A stretch of 61,741 nucleotides of DNA, filler included, from an uncultured bacterium (GTDB lineage Bacteria > CAYSBA01): NCBI GenBank assembly GCA_964429075.1. It is 18 parts of 18 records of this genome, joined end to end, with 100 filler letters (N's around TTAATTAATTAA, not from the genome) between each part and the next. Parts side by side here need not be neighbours in the genome. Positions count along the whole stretch, not along the records: positions 1 to 3,493 come from CAYSBA010000201.1; positions 3,594 to 7,060 come from CAYSBA010000202.1; positions 7,161 to 10,586 come from CAYSBA010000203.1; 15 more parts are not named here. One strand, given 5' to 3'. Both the position numbers and the translations under genes were made by a program. The notes under the pieces were generated by a model that saw nothing but the letters and a program-made list of their open reading frames with translations, searched no databases and was not told the DNA's origin. The first letter of the stretch is position 1; each line of letters opens with the position of its first letter. Positions 1 through 9,363 of this stretch are shown in pieces.

Positions 1-18
1 GGACATATCAGTATATAT

Positions 19-48
19 TTGACACAGCATGGTGCAGTGTGTTATTGT
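19..48 (+). promoter_or_regulatory. Putative sigma70 promoter (TTGACA ... TG-n-TATTGT) with an inverted repeat in the spacer
   Basis: TTGACA at 19-24 and an extended -10 TGtTATTGT at 40-48. The imperfect palindrome ACACAGCA-TGG-TGCAGTGT lies at 22-40, and an RBS (AAGGAG) precedes the ATG at 80. Confidence 0.5.
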
Positions 49-79
49 TTGACAACAAAAAATTGAGAAGGAGATAGCT

Positions 80-1846
80 ATGAAGATTACTAAATTAGAG
101 GGTGGTGAATTTCTTATCAAAGATCTTAAGGATATTGTGATATTTACACCCGAAGATTTTTCAGAAGAACAGCGTATGTTCTTCAAGACTGCAAGAGACT
201 TTGCAATAAACGAGATACTACCAAGAGATGAAGAGATCGAGGCCCAGAATTTTGAGGTTCACAGGGAGCTTTTGAAAAAGGCCGGTGAGCTTGGTTTTCT
301 CGGGATAGATGTCCCCGAGGAATATGGTGGTCTTGGCCTTGATATAACCTCATCGATGCTGGTGAATGAAGGTTTGGCATTGCAGGGGTCCTTTTTAACT
401 ACCTTTGGAGCCCACACAGGTATTGGCACACTACCAATCGTCTTTTTTGGTAACAAAGAACAGAAGCAGAAATACTTACCATCTATTGCAGCCGGTGAGG
501 TTGTTGCAGGGTATGCCCTTACAGAACCGCAGGCCGGTTCTGATGCAATGAATGCAAAGACAAAGGCAATACTTAAGGGTGATTACTATATTCTAAATGG
601 TACAAAGCAGTTTATTACAAATGGAGGTTTTGGAGACCTATTTATCGTTTTTGCAAAGATAGACGGTGAACATTTTACCGGTTTTATAGTAGAGGCCGGA
701 TACGAAGGATTTACAAGGGGGGCTGAGGAACACAAGATGGGGATAAAAGGTTCCTCAACCACACAGATAATACTGGAAGATTGCAAGGTACCGAAGGAGA
801 ATCTCCTTGGAGAGATTGGTAAGGGTCATAAGATAGCCTTCTGTGTACTTGATGTAGGAAGATTAAAGCTCGGCACTGGTGCAGCAGGTGGTGCAAAAAT
901 TGTTGTTGATAAGGCAGTTGAGTATGCTAAGGAGAGAAAACAGTTTGGGAAAACCCTATCGCAATTTGGACTCATAAAGAAAAAGATAGCCGAGATGACC
1001 ACTCTCGCATATGTTGCAGAATCTACTGGCTATAGGATAACCGGTAATATCGATGTATTCAAATCTGAGCTTGATCCGTCTTCTGATGAGTATCCTCAAA
1101 AGATGATAAAACTTCTTGAAAGATTCTCTGTAGAAGCATCAATAAGCAAGGTCTTTGGATCAGAGACTCTTTGGAAGGTTTCTGATGAAGGACTACAGAT
1201 CTTTGGAGGATACGGGTTTATAAAGGATTATCCGATGGAGAGGGTCTACAGAGACAACAGGATAAACAGGATCTTTGAAGGGACAAACGANNNNNNNNNN
1301 ACAATACTTAAGATGGCATTAAAAGGTGAGCTTGATCTCATGTCAAGAGGTGCAATTATTACAGAGGAGTTGAAAGACCCATCAAAGATACCGGCTCCAT
1401 CTGATCAGTCTGATCTTGAGATAGCTTCTGTTCAGACTGAACTTGCAAAACGTATGACCCTATTTTCAATGAACCTTGCAGCACAGAAATACATGCAGGA
1501 CCTCAAAGATCATCAGGAGGTGCTTGCAGCAATTGCCGATCAGGTTATTGGAGTATATACAATGGAGAGTGCTGTGTTAAGGGCATCTCAGGCCCTAAGT
1601 AAAGGTGTGGCAGATGCGGAGATGATGGCTAAGGCTGCAAGGATCTATTCTCAACAGACCTTCAGTGAAGTAAAAGGTATTGCAGATGTATTGATTGCCT
1701 CAATGTTCGATGGTGATCAACGAGCAAAGAATCTCCATCTTGTATCAAAATTCCACAGACCAATGGAGACAGACCTTATAGACCTAAAAAGGGAGCTGGC
1801 AGAGTTTGTATTGGAGAAGGATGGCTATCCCTTTGGTCTGAAATAG
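80..1846 (+). CDS. Acyl-CoA dehydrogenase (long, FadE/ACADVL-like with C-terminal extension)
   Basis: Motifs YALTEPQAGSDA, GTKQFITNG, KMGIKGSST, RKQFG, QIFGGYG, RIFEGTN. A 10-N scaffold gap lies at 1291-1300. Confidence 0.93.
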   Translation: MKITKLEGGEFLIKDLKDIVIFTPEDFSEEQRMFFKTARDFAINEILPRDEEIEAQNFEVHRELLKKAGELGFLGIDVPEEYGGLGLDITSSMLVNEGLALQGSFLTTFGAHTGIGTLPIVFFGNKEQKQKYLPSIAAGEVVAGYALTEPQAGSDAMNAKTKAILKGDYYILNGTKQFITNGGFGDLFIVFAKIDGEHFTGFIVEAGYEGFTRGAEEHKMGIKGSSTTQIILEDCKVPKENLLGEIGKGHKIAFCVLDVGRLKLGTGAAGGAKIVVDKAVEYAKERKQFGKTLSQFGLIKKKIAEMTTLAYVAESTGYRITGNIDVFKSELDPSSDEYPQKMIKLLERFSVEASISKVFGSETLWKVSDEGLQIFGGYGFIKDYPMERVYRDNRINRIFEGTNXXXXTILKMALKGELDLMSRGAIITEELKDPSKIPAPSDQSDLEIASVQTELAKRMTLFSMNLAAQKYMQDLKDHQEVLAAIADQVIGVYTMESAVLRASQALSKGVADAEMMAKAARIYSQQTFSEVKGIADVLIASMFDGDQRAKNLHLVSKFHRPMETDLIDLKRELAEFVLEKDGYPFGLK

Positions 1847-1862
1847 TAATTGAGAATCCAAT

Positions 1863-2408
1863 ATGAGATCAGAAAACAATCATGCATCAGATGATGTTAT
1901 ATTAATCAAACGCTACAACAATAGAAAGCTGTACGATACCAGCAGAAAAAGGTATGTTAATCACAAAAAGATTGTAGAGATGATCAGAGAGGGGGTTGAG
2001 GTACGGATAATAGACAACAACAGCGGAAAAGACATTACCACAGAGGTCCTCAGTAAGGCAATGGTAACAGAGGCAGACAGAAAGCGACTTGATCTCTCAA
2101 AAGGATTACTAATAGAGATCCTTAAAAATCCTTCTGAACTACAAAAACGGCTGCATGATCTTTTTTCAGACTCCCTTCATGACCTGAAAAATATTACTGC
2201 CAGAAGGAGAGAAGAGGTTGTAGAACTACTGAGGGACTGGACCGGTAACACACAGAGGTTTCTTGAGGAGCTCCAGCAGGATATAGATAATAAGGTTGCA
2301 AGTACTATTTCAAGGTATTTTAAGAGTTCAAGGCTAAAGCAACTTGAGGATCGTCTCTCTGAATTAGAGAAAAGATTAAAAGAGCTCGAGAAAAAGGTAG
2401 ACAATTAA
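1863..2408 (+). CDS. PhaR-like polyhydroxyalkanoate synthesis regulator (DNA-binding N-domain plus coiled-coil)
   Basis: N-terminal IKRYNNRKLYDTSRKRYV...IIDNNSGKDITTEVL matches the PHB/PHA accumulation regulator DNA-binding domain. Confidence 0.8.
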   Translation: MRSENNHASDDVILIKRYNNRKLYDTSRKRYVNHKKIVEMIREGVEVRIIDNNSGKDITTEVLSKAMVTEADRKRLDLSKGLLIEILKNPSELQKRLHDLFSDSLHDLKNITARRREEVVELLRDWTGNTQRFLEELQQDIDNKVASTISRYFKSSRLKQLEDRLSELEKRLKELEKKVDN

Positions 2409-2410
2409 AG

Positions 2411-3493
2411 TTAGTCTTTTACCTGTTGTAGGATAAGGGATAGAAGATTTTTGTAAGAGATAGGTTTTCTTATAAATTTTACACCCTTTATCAGTGGGTC
2501 GTGCATTATCTTCTCTTCAGGGATCAGCCCTGTAAAGAAAAAGAAATTATCCTTGAGGTGTGGTCTTAATTCTATGAATTTTCTATATATCTCAGCACCA
2601 TCCATATCTGGAAGGACTAGATCACAGAGTATTATATCTGATGGATTTTCACTATCTTTGAGGTAGTCTAAGACTTCAGAACCAAAGGTAAAGGTAACCA
2701 CATCGAAGTGGGTTGATAATAGCCTTTTGAGAGATTTTACAAGGATTGGTTCATCATCTACAATAACAATGGTAATTCTTCTTTTAAGCATAAAAAGATC
2801 TGTTGTAAATGATGGTATCTCTTTTTCAATGCGGTATGCCAGAGGAAGCCTGATGTGAAAGGTTTTACCACCTTTTTCTCCATGATTTATGACCTCCAGG
2901 GTTCCATTATAATCTTCTAAAACAAGCTGGGCATTGAAGATACCGGATTCGATGTCATATCCTGTTCTTTTTGTGATGACCTTATTGGAGTAATTACCAT
3001 ATATGCTACTTTCTAAGGGTCTGCCATTGTCTTTTATTACCAGATGTGCGAATCCATCTTTTTTATAACCTGTAATCTCGAGAATTCCCTCTTTTTTATT
3101 TTCAATGGTATTAAGACTTGCAATCAGAAGCGAGATAAATGCCCTTGACATCCTCTGTGAGGATATCTGGACAGATACGGTTGGGTCTATATCTATTGAA
3201 AAGCTTCTAAGTGGCTGAAGATGTGGCTTTACTGTAGGCAATGCGAGATCTACAATCTCTTTTATTGTTACAAGATTGGCTTCATCCTGAAGGGCAAAAA
3301 GTGAGGTGAGGGTCTTTGCTACCTTTTTTATCCTATTTATGCCGTCAGATATATCCTCAATACATTCCACCAGATCTCTTATGGACTCTTTTTTGTCAGG
3401 TTCTCCGAGCCTTTCAAATATTGAGGCTGCCTCATTCAGAAGGTCAATGTTCAGTTGTAGTGTATCAAGATTTGCATGGATATATGAAAGTGG
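2411..3493 (-). CDS. Hybrid sensor kinase/response regulator, 5'-truncated, with degenerate HATPase
   Basis: The frame stays open to the scaffold edge (PLSYIHANL follows the H-box). HATPase-like IKDNG is followed by a REC domain (IVDDE, DIILCDLVLPDMDG, KP). Confidence 0.75.
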   Translation of the reverse strand, partial: PLSYIHANLDTLQLNIDLLNEAASIFERLGEPDKKESIRDLVECIEDISDGINRIKKVAKTLTSLFALQDEANLVTIKEIVDLALPTVKPHLQPLRSFSIDIDPTVSVQISSQRMSRAFISLLIASLNTIENKKEGILEITGYKKDGFAHLVIKDNGRPLESSIYGNYSNKVITKRTGYDIESGIFNAQLVLEDYNGTLEVINHGEKGGKTFHIRLPLAYRIEKEIPSFTTDLFMLKRRITIVIVDDEPILVKSLKRLLSTHFDVVTFTFGSEVLDYLKDSENPSDIILCDLVLPDMDGAEIYRKFIELRPHLKDNFFFFTGLIPEEKIMHDPLIKGVKFIRKPISYKNLLSLILQQVKD

Positions 3494-3593
3494 NNNNNNN
3501 NNNNNNNNNNNNNNNNNNNNNNNNNNNNNNNNNNNNNTTAATTAATTAANNNNNNNNNNNNNNNNNNNNNNNNNNNNNNNNNNNNNNNNNNNN
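3494..3593. other. Artificial scaffold linker (first of 17: also 7061, 10587, 14112, 17625, 21118, 24596, 28058, 31505, 34950, 38361, 41772, 45174, 48525, 51855, 55157, 58458; each 100 bp)
   Basis: 44 N + TTAATTAATTAA (stop codons in all six frames) + 44 N, repeated identically. Scaffold lengths never increase along the window. Confidence 0.98.
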
Positions 3594-3734
3594 AAATATA
3601 TAAAATCCTGCTGCAAATATCAAAAGTGAAATAAAAACAGGGATAGAACTGAATAAAAATAGTTTTATATCTTTTGTTATCATCTGAAGGCCACTAAAGG
3701 GATATGCAAATACCTCTTTTATCCTCTTTGTCAT
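3594..3734 (-). CDS. N-terminal fragment of a membrane protein, possibly EI24/CysZ family
   Basis: MTKRIKEVFAYPFSGLQMI...LFLFSSIPVFISLLIF resembles CysZ/EI24 N-termini. Truncated by the linker. Confidence 0.5.
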
Positions 3735-3792
3735 AGCTCAATACCTATCATCAACCCGTTGGTGTGTCAATTATATCTGTTTATTTAGATAG

Positions 3793-3836
3793 TTGACAAC
3801 TCTGTTTATTTGATATATGAATAGTTGTTCAGATGT
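3793..3836 (+). promoter_or_regulatory. Promoter -35 (TTGACA) plus an ArsR/SmtB-type operator
   Basis: TTGACA at 3793-3798. The inverted repeat ATATATGAATA-GT-TGTTCAGATGT (3813-3836) has the TGAA-N6-TTCA core of SmtB/CzrA boxes and sits directly upstream of the ArsR/SmtB gene. Confidence 0.65.
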
Positions 3837-3851
3837 TCATATGAGGTATCT

Positions 3852-4193
3852 ATGGAGACTAAATGTGGATTTGTAAATGAAGAGAAGGTAAAGAAAGTCA
3901 GGGAAAAACAGATCGAGACAGCTGATATAGAAAAGATGGCAGACATCTTTAGTGCACTCAGTGAACCAACAAGGCTAAAGATTTTGCTTGCAATTTCAAT
4001 AGAAGAGCTCTGCGTATGTGATATTGCCTCTTTACTTGATTTGACTCAATCAAATGTCTCCCATCAGCTTAGCTTACTAAAAAAGCTCAGGCTTGTATCA
4101 TCAAGAAAGGAGAAAAGACATGTATATTACAGGCTGGCTGATGAACACATTGTTAACTTAATGAAGGAGTGTTTTACCCATGTCATCGAGTAG
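3852..4193 (+). CDS. ArsR/SmtB-family metal-sensing repressor (CadC/ZiaR-like)
   Basis: FSALSEPTRLKIL, ELCVCDIA, QSNVSHQL, YYRLADEH. The ATG at 3852 follows a GAGG RBS. Confidence 0.9.
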   Translation: METKCGFVNEEKVKKVREKQIETADIEKMADIFSALSEPTRLKILLAISIEELCVCDIASLLDLTQSNVSHQLSLLKKLRLVSSRKEKRHVYYRLADEHIVNLMKECFTHVIE

Positions 4194-6108
4194 TTGTAGC
4201 TGTAAAGAGGGTGTTTGCCTCCAGGACAAAGAAAATAAAAACAAAGTCCAGTCTTACTATTATTGGCTAACAAGGTGGGGATTGATCTTACTTTCTATAT
4301 CTCTTGTATTTTTTGCAAACTATCTTTTGCCAGACAATATCTCGATTTTTGTTTTGCTTTTAACCTATATGTTTATATCCTGGCATGTTATACTGGAGGT
4401 TTCCAGTACTATTGCCGAAAAAAAGATACCCTTAGACGAAAATGGGCTTTTGATCCTTGCCTCAATTGGCGCCTTTTATGTAGGCAAGATTGAAGAGGCA
4501 GTGCTTGTAATGGCCTTTTTCAGGGCAGGTGAACTTCTACAGATGATTGCTGAGAATAGATCGAGACGTTCCATAAAAGATTTACTTCTTGCCACAAAAT
4601 CAAAGGTAAATTTAATAAAAGATGACAAGACCATAAAGGTCGATCCAGAAGATGTAGATGTCGGTGATCTAATACTGATAAGGCCGGCTGAGAGGGTTGA
4701 TCTGGACTGTAAGATAGTAGAGGGTGATTCACAGTTTGATACATCAGCTCTAACCGGCGAATCGATACCACAGCATCTGAAGACCGGAGATGAACTTAAG
4801 GCAGGATTCATAAATCTGAGCGGGGTTATAAAAGCAAGTGTTTTAAGGCCCTATAAAGAATCGGCAACCTATAAGATCCTTGAAATAGTTGAGAAGGCTG
4901 TAGATAGAAAGGCAAAAACAGAGTTATTTGTACGCAGGTTTGCCAGATACTATACCCCCATTGTGACCATTGCTGCCCTTTTGATAATAGTTGTACCTCC
5001 TCTTATTGGCATGAGGATATCAATAAACGAACTTATATACAGAGCATCACTATTTCTTATCATATCCTGTCCATGTGCCCTTGTGATCTCTATTCCTTTA
5101 AGCTTCTACTTAGGACTCGGTACAGCCTTTTCAAAGGGTATAATTATAAAGGGTGCCAATTTCTTAGAACAGCTCGGACGAATAAAGACCCTTGTACTAG
5201 ATAAAACTGGCACTATAACAAAGGGGAAATTCACTGTAGATGAGATAAAGACATTTAACGGTGTTGATGAAGATGAACTTCTCATACTTGCTGCAAAGGC
5301 AGAAAGCCATTCCAACCATCCGATTGCACAATCCTTAGTAGAGGCTGCACGGAATATTAATTTTTCTGGTAATTTTTCAGTTGATAGTTATAATGAGGTA
5401 CCTGGAATGGGAGTAATTGCTAAGATTGAGGGGAAAGAGGTTATTGTGGGCAACGACAGGATGTTACATAGCTATACTGATGTCAATCATCCTGTATGTT
5501 GTAGAGACTCAACAGGAATTAATGTGGTGGAAGATGGTGTATACAAGGGATACATAATGATTGGAGACACATTACGGGAAGACACTGAGGAATCTCTTAA
5601 AAGTTTAAAAGATCTTGGCGTTGAGAAAATCGTTATGCTCACCGGTGACAATGAAAAGAGTGCGGAGAAAATAGCGAAAGGTCTGAATATAGACTATCAT
5701 GCAAGACTTTTACCAGAAGAAAAATTAGAAAGATTAAAAAAGATAAAAAAATCTGTGCCTGAAAACGGTAGCCTTGTTTATGTGGGAGATGGTATAAATG
5801 ATACTCCCGCACTTGCATCAGCGGATGTTGGAATTGCTTTAAGTGATCGTGGAGTAGAGGCAGCTATTGAGGTTGCTGATATAGCTATTACAAGTGGCGG
5901 ACTGGGTAAACTCGTAGAGGCAGTAAGGATTGCGAAAAAGACAAAAAAGATAGCAGTTGAGAATATAGCAATAGTTCTTATTGTTAAGGCGATTTTTTTA
6001 GGTGCAGGATTGTTTGGTCTTGCAACACTCTGGGAAGCAATACTTGCAGACTCTGGAATAGCAATATTGGCCATCCTTAATGCCTCAAGGATACGATTCT
6101 GGTATTAA
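4180..6108 (+). CDS. cadA: Heavy-metal (Zn/Cd/Pb) translocating P1B-type ATPase
   Basis: LTGES, CPCALV, DKTGTIT, SNHPIA, MLTGD, GDGIND motifs. Overlaps the ArsR gene. Confidence 0.9.
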   Translation: MSSSSCSCKEGVCLQDKENKNKVQSYYYWLTRWGLILLSISLVFFANYLLPDNISIFVLLLTYMFISWHVILEVSSTIAEKKIPLDENGLLILASIGAFYVGKIEEAVLVMAFFRAGELLQMIAENRSRRSIKDLLLATKSKVNLIKDDKTIKVDPEDVDVGDLILIRPAERVDLDCKIVEGDSQFDTSALTGESIPQHLKTGDELKAGFINLSGVIKASVLRPYKESATYKILEIVEKAVDRKAKTELFVRRFARYYTPIVTIAALLIIVVPPLIGMRISINELIYRASLFLIISCPCALVISIPLSFYLGLGTAFSKGIIIKGANFLEQLGRIKTLVLDKTGTITKGKFTVDEIKTFNGVDEDELLILAAKAESHSNHPIAQSLVEAARNINFSGNFSVDSYNEVPGMGVIAKIEGKEVIVGNDRMLHSYTDVNHPVCCRDSTGINVVEDGVYKGYIMIGDTLREDTEESLKSLKDLGVEKIVMLTGDNEKSAEKIAKGLNIDYHARLLPEEKLERLKKIKKSVPENGSLVYVGDGINDTPALASADVGIALSDRGVEAAIEVADIAITSGGLGKLVEAVRIAKKTKKIAVENIAIVLIVKAIFLGAGLFGLATLWEAILADSGIAILAILNASRIRFWY

Positions 6109-7058
6109 AATCGACCACCATATCCCACTGTTGCTTCATAAAGATTATTATCCTCCAAATAATATATTTTGTTGCCTCTTAAGATAGGAAACTCTTTTTT
6201 CTTATGACTTTTTGTAAGCCTTGTAAAACTATCCTTTTTGATGTTGTACAAAAAAAGATCGGTATTATCTCCAACATTGCAGCTTAAGACCAGCCTGTTT
6301 TTGTCTAAAAGGTCTATTGCAGGTTCACGGCAGGCTATGCGTACAATCGGTTGGAACGACACTGTATCTACAACAATACTATCAAGATTATCCACCTGAA
6401 AAACAAATCTTTGTAACCTGTTGTAGAACCTGCCATAGTACTGTTTTTCTAATGTGATGTATATGGGTCTGAAGCAAAAATTACATCTTTTTGTTTTTAA
6501 ATAATATATTCCCTCTAATCTGATAAATGGAAAATCAACTGTTGCCCTTTTATATTCAGGAAATTCTAAGAAAAATGGTCTGATAATCATATCACCAAAC
6601 TTCATTAATAATAAGAGATTACCATCCTCCTTTATCCAATCTGACTCAACAGGTGCAGGTAATCTGAACCTTGTTAACTTAGGAATCAACGCTGTGTTGA
6701 TCCTGTAAAGCCATCTTCTGTCCTTTGAAATAGCCCAGACGATATCTCTTTTTCTGTCTGTATCAATCCATGAAAACCCTCCTGAAGCAAGCAGCCTTAT
6801 CCTTGTAAGTTTTGATACTGGATCGAGCTTGAGATTATCTTGTGGTATTCTTGTTTTTAGCCTTTCATGGTCATTCTTAACATCTTTCAAGACCCTTATA
6901 TATTTTGATAAACCATTTGATGTGATCCTTTCTTTAACAAACGAAAATAGCGAAGTTGAGAAATCTTTTTTAAGTTTATTAATCAAATACGATATACCCA
7001 GTCGTGGATTTTTTTGTTTTGCTAAATAGATAGCAAGTATCTGTGGGTAGTTCTTTAT
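6105..7058 (-). CDS. Hypothetical protein, 5'-truncated, with a TolB-like beta-propeller segment at the C-terminus
   Basis: The frame is open to the scaffold edge. C-terminal GDNTDLFLYNIKKDSFTRLT...EFP resembles a TolB/PD40 blade. Confidence 0.45.
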   Translation of the reverse strand: MKNYPQILAIYLAKQKNPRLGISYLINKLKKDFSTSLFSFVKERITSNGLSKYIRVLKDVKNDHERLKTRIPQDNLKLDPVSKLTRIRLLASGGFSWIDTDRKRDIVWAISKDRRWLYRINTALIPKLTRFRLPAPVESDWIKEDGNLLLLMKFGDMIIRPFFLEFPEYKRATVDFPFIRLEGIYYLKTKRCNFCFRPIYITLEKQYYGRFYNRLQRFVFQVDNLDSIVVDTVSFQPIVRIACREPAIDLLDKNRLVLSCNVGDNTDLFLYNIKKDSFTRLTKSHKKKEFPILRGNKIYYLEDNNLYEATVGYGGRF

Positions 7059-7160
7059 AGNNNNNNNNNNNNNNNNNNNNNNNNNNNNNNNNNNNNNNNN
7101 NNNNTTAATTAATTAANNNNNNNNNNNNNNNNNNNNNNNNNNNNNNNNNNNNNNNNNNNN

Positions 7161-9110
7161 TCTACCATATATATCAATTCTGCCAAAAATTACATATGGT
7201 GGAGATGTCACTTGAGAGGGATTTCTATAGTCTAACCAGACCACCCCATACTCATTTTTTGATTCGTTCCAAATTATTTTTGGTGTTCTTTGGTCAGTTG
7301 AAGAGTCGTTAAAATTGTTAAGTAAAGTTGTGTTGGTATCCATAGGATCTGTTATGAATCCCAACTCAATGCTACTGTTACAATCATAATCTGTTTGATT
7401 ACATGCGCCATATGTAGTGATTGATGGATTAACATAATAGTCCGTATCATCACAGTCATCTGGATTGTTAACAAAACCAGGAGGTGGTAGCCCATTACAA
7501 TTTGCATAGGATGTAACATTTGGGTCTCCATAGCGATCAGAATCCGAGTCTCGATATACAATGTTTAATAGAGTTTCACATCCATCACTGAATCCTGGTC
7601 TTCTGTTGCAATCTCCATAACCTTCATTACAGGTAAGTTCACATATGCCATTTTTGCAGTTAGGATTTTGTCCATTATTTGAAGAACAATTGACTATATT
7701 AGAACAATCTGTTCCACATGTGGTTATACTGTTTAGATCTATCTCACATCCATCACTAAAACCAACTGCCTTGTTACAGTCTGCAAATCCATCATTACAT
7801 ACAAGTTCACACACGCCATTGTTACAAACTGGGTCATGGCCGTTTGTGGTGTCACAGCTTATAATGTTGTTGCACTCTGTGCCACATGTTGAAATACTGT
7901 TAAGATTTGTCTCACAACCGTCATTTTGATCGTTGTTGCAATCTGCATATCCTGATTCGCAACTTAATATTTTACATTCGCCACCAATACATGTCACATT
8001 ATCTACATGTGCAAGGCTTGTACAATCCGTCTTACAACTACCGCAGTGATGAACGTCTTCCAAGATATTTGTCTCACACCCATCGCTAAGACCAACTGCC
8101 TTGTTACAGTCTGCAAATCCATCATTACATACAAGTTCACACACGCCATTGTTACAAACTGGGTCATGGCCGTTTGTGGTGTCACAGCTTATAATGTTGT
8201 TACAGTCTGTACCACACGTTGAAATGCTGTTTAGATTTACTTCACATCCATTCAACGGGTTGTTGTCGCAATCAACAAAATATGATTTACAGCTATTTAC
8301 AACACAGTTACTATTCACACACTCTACATCTGAAACATTATAAAGGGCTTGACAATCATTTCCACAACTGCCACAGTGATTGACATCTTGAGAAAGGTTT
8401 GTTTCACAACCGTCCTGGGGATCATTGTTACAATTATCAAATCCAGATTTGCAACTCTGAATCTTACATTGCCCATCTAAACAGATGCCAATGTTGACAT
8501 TTGTTAAGGTATTGCAGTTATTCCCACAACTGCCACAGTTATTAGTATCGTCTGATAAGTTGGTCTCGCAACCATCTTCTTTATTATTGTTACAGTCTGC
8601 AAAACCAGCGCTGCAACTTTCAAAACTACATTCTCCATTATTACAACTGATATTGTCTGTATTTTTGAGGGTACTACAATCATTATTGCAGGATCCGCAG
8701 TTATAGATATCTTTTGTAATATCAACTTCACAACCATTTTGGGGGTCATTGTCACAGTCTGCAAAGCCCTCAGAACAGTTAAATTTACATTGTCCTTTCT
8801 GACAGCTAATATCGTCTCCTACATTAGGTAGATCAAAACAACTAAAACCACAGCCACCACAATTTTTTACATCACTATTTATATCCGTACAGTGTCCAAA
8901 ACAGTATACATCATTGGTCTTACAGACTGCATTTACGCAAATAAAGGTATCAAAACCGTTATCCTTCCTACATATATATCCATTTGCACAATCACTATCA
9001 GTTGTGCATGAGAAAAAACCTTGGTACAAAAGATCGTCAAAATTGTTTTTTACATTACAGCTAATTAAAGTAGCTATTAAAACAATATATCTTATCGTTT
9101 TCAGATACAT
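7161..9110 (-). CDS. Cys-rich repeat lipoprotein (3'-truncated), myxobacterial-type repeats plus a DCDD putative metal-binding motif
   Basis: Lipobox LISC, many GF/YADC...DGCE(T/V/I)NL...(N/H/T)CG repeats, and YRDSDSDRYGDP...DDCDD...NP near the C-terminus. Confidence 0.8.
7761..8201. repeat. 111-bp exact direct repeat (7761-7871 and 8091-8201) inside the Cys-rich gene
   Basis: Base-by-base identical copies with a 330-bp offset, encoding NNIISCDTTNGHDPVCNNGVCELVCNDGFADCNKAVG twice. Confidence 0.92.
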
Positions 9111-9363
9111 ATGATANNNNNNNNNNACCGAAGTAGTAACTTATTTAGGTAAAGGTAAAAAGATTGCTAAAGGTGAAAAATTTATAACATATACTCTTCA
9201 ATTTTGCAATTATTAGTAACTCAGGGCATGTCGCTTAATGACTGCAGATTGGTAGTATTCATCCACCAAAATTACTCTTCAAGAGTCTCTACTTCCGCTT
9301 TGGCATATGATTTAAATTCTGCAAATGTTGCTCAACCCTTTTTGTTAATATATATCAATTGTT

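Noticed and set aside
1291-1300. Apparent short deletion after RIFEGTN in the acyl-CoA dehydrogenase (and similarly in speB at 53480-53489)
   Set aside because: These are 10-N scaffold gaps, so the sequence is unknown rather than deleted.
3538-3549. TTAATTAATTAA recurring about every 3.4 kb, superficially a regularly spaced repeat or PacI-site array
   Set aside because: It is always embedded in 44-N flanks and is a synthetic six-frame-stop linker, not biology.
7761-8201. 111-bp repeat pair as a diversity-generating retroelement TR/VR or a CRISPR repeat
   Set aside because: The copies are identical with no adenine-specific mismatches, lie in frame within one gene, and no reverse transcriptase is present.
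9127-9363. AT-rich stretch between the Cys-rich gene and lptF as a possible small gene or ncRNA
   Set aside because: I found no convincing ORF with an RBS, hairpin or family motif, and it sits next to a gap. Treated as a divergent intergenic region.
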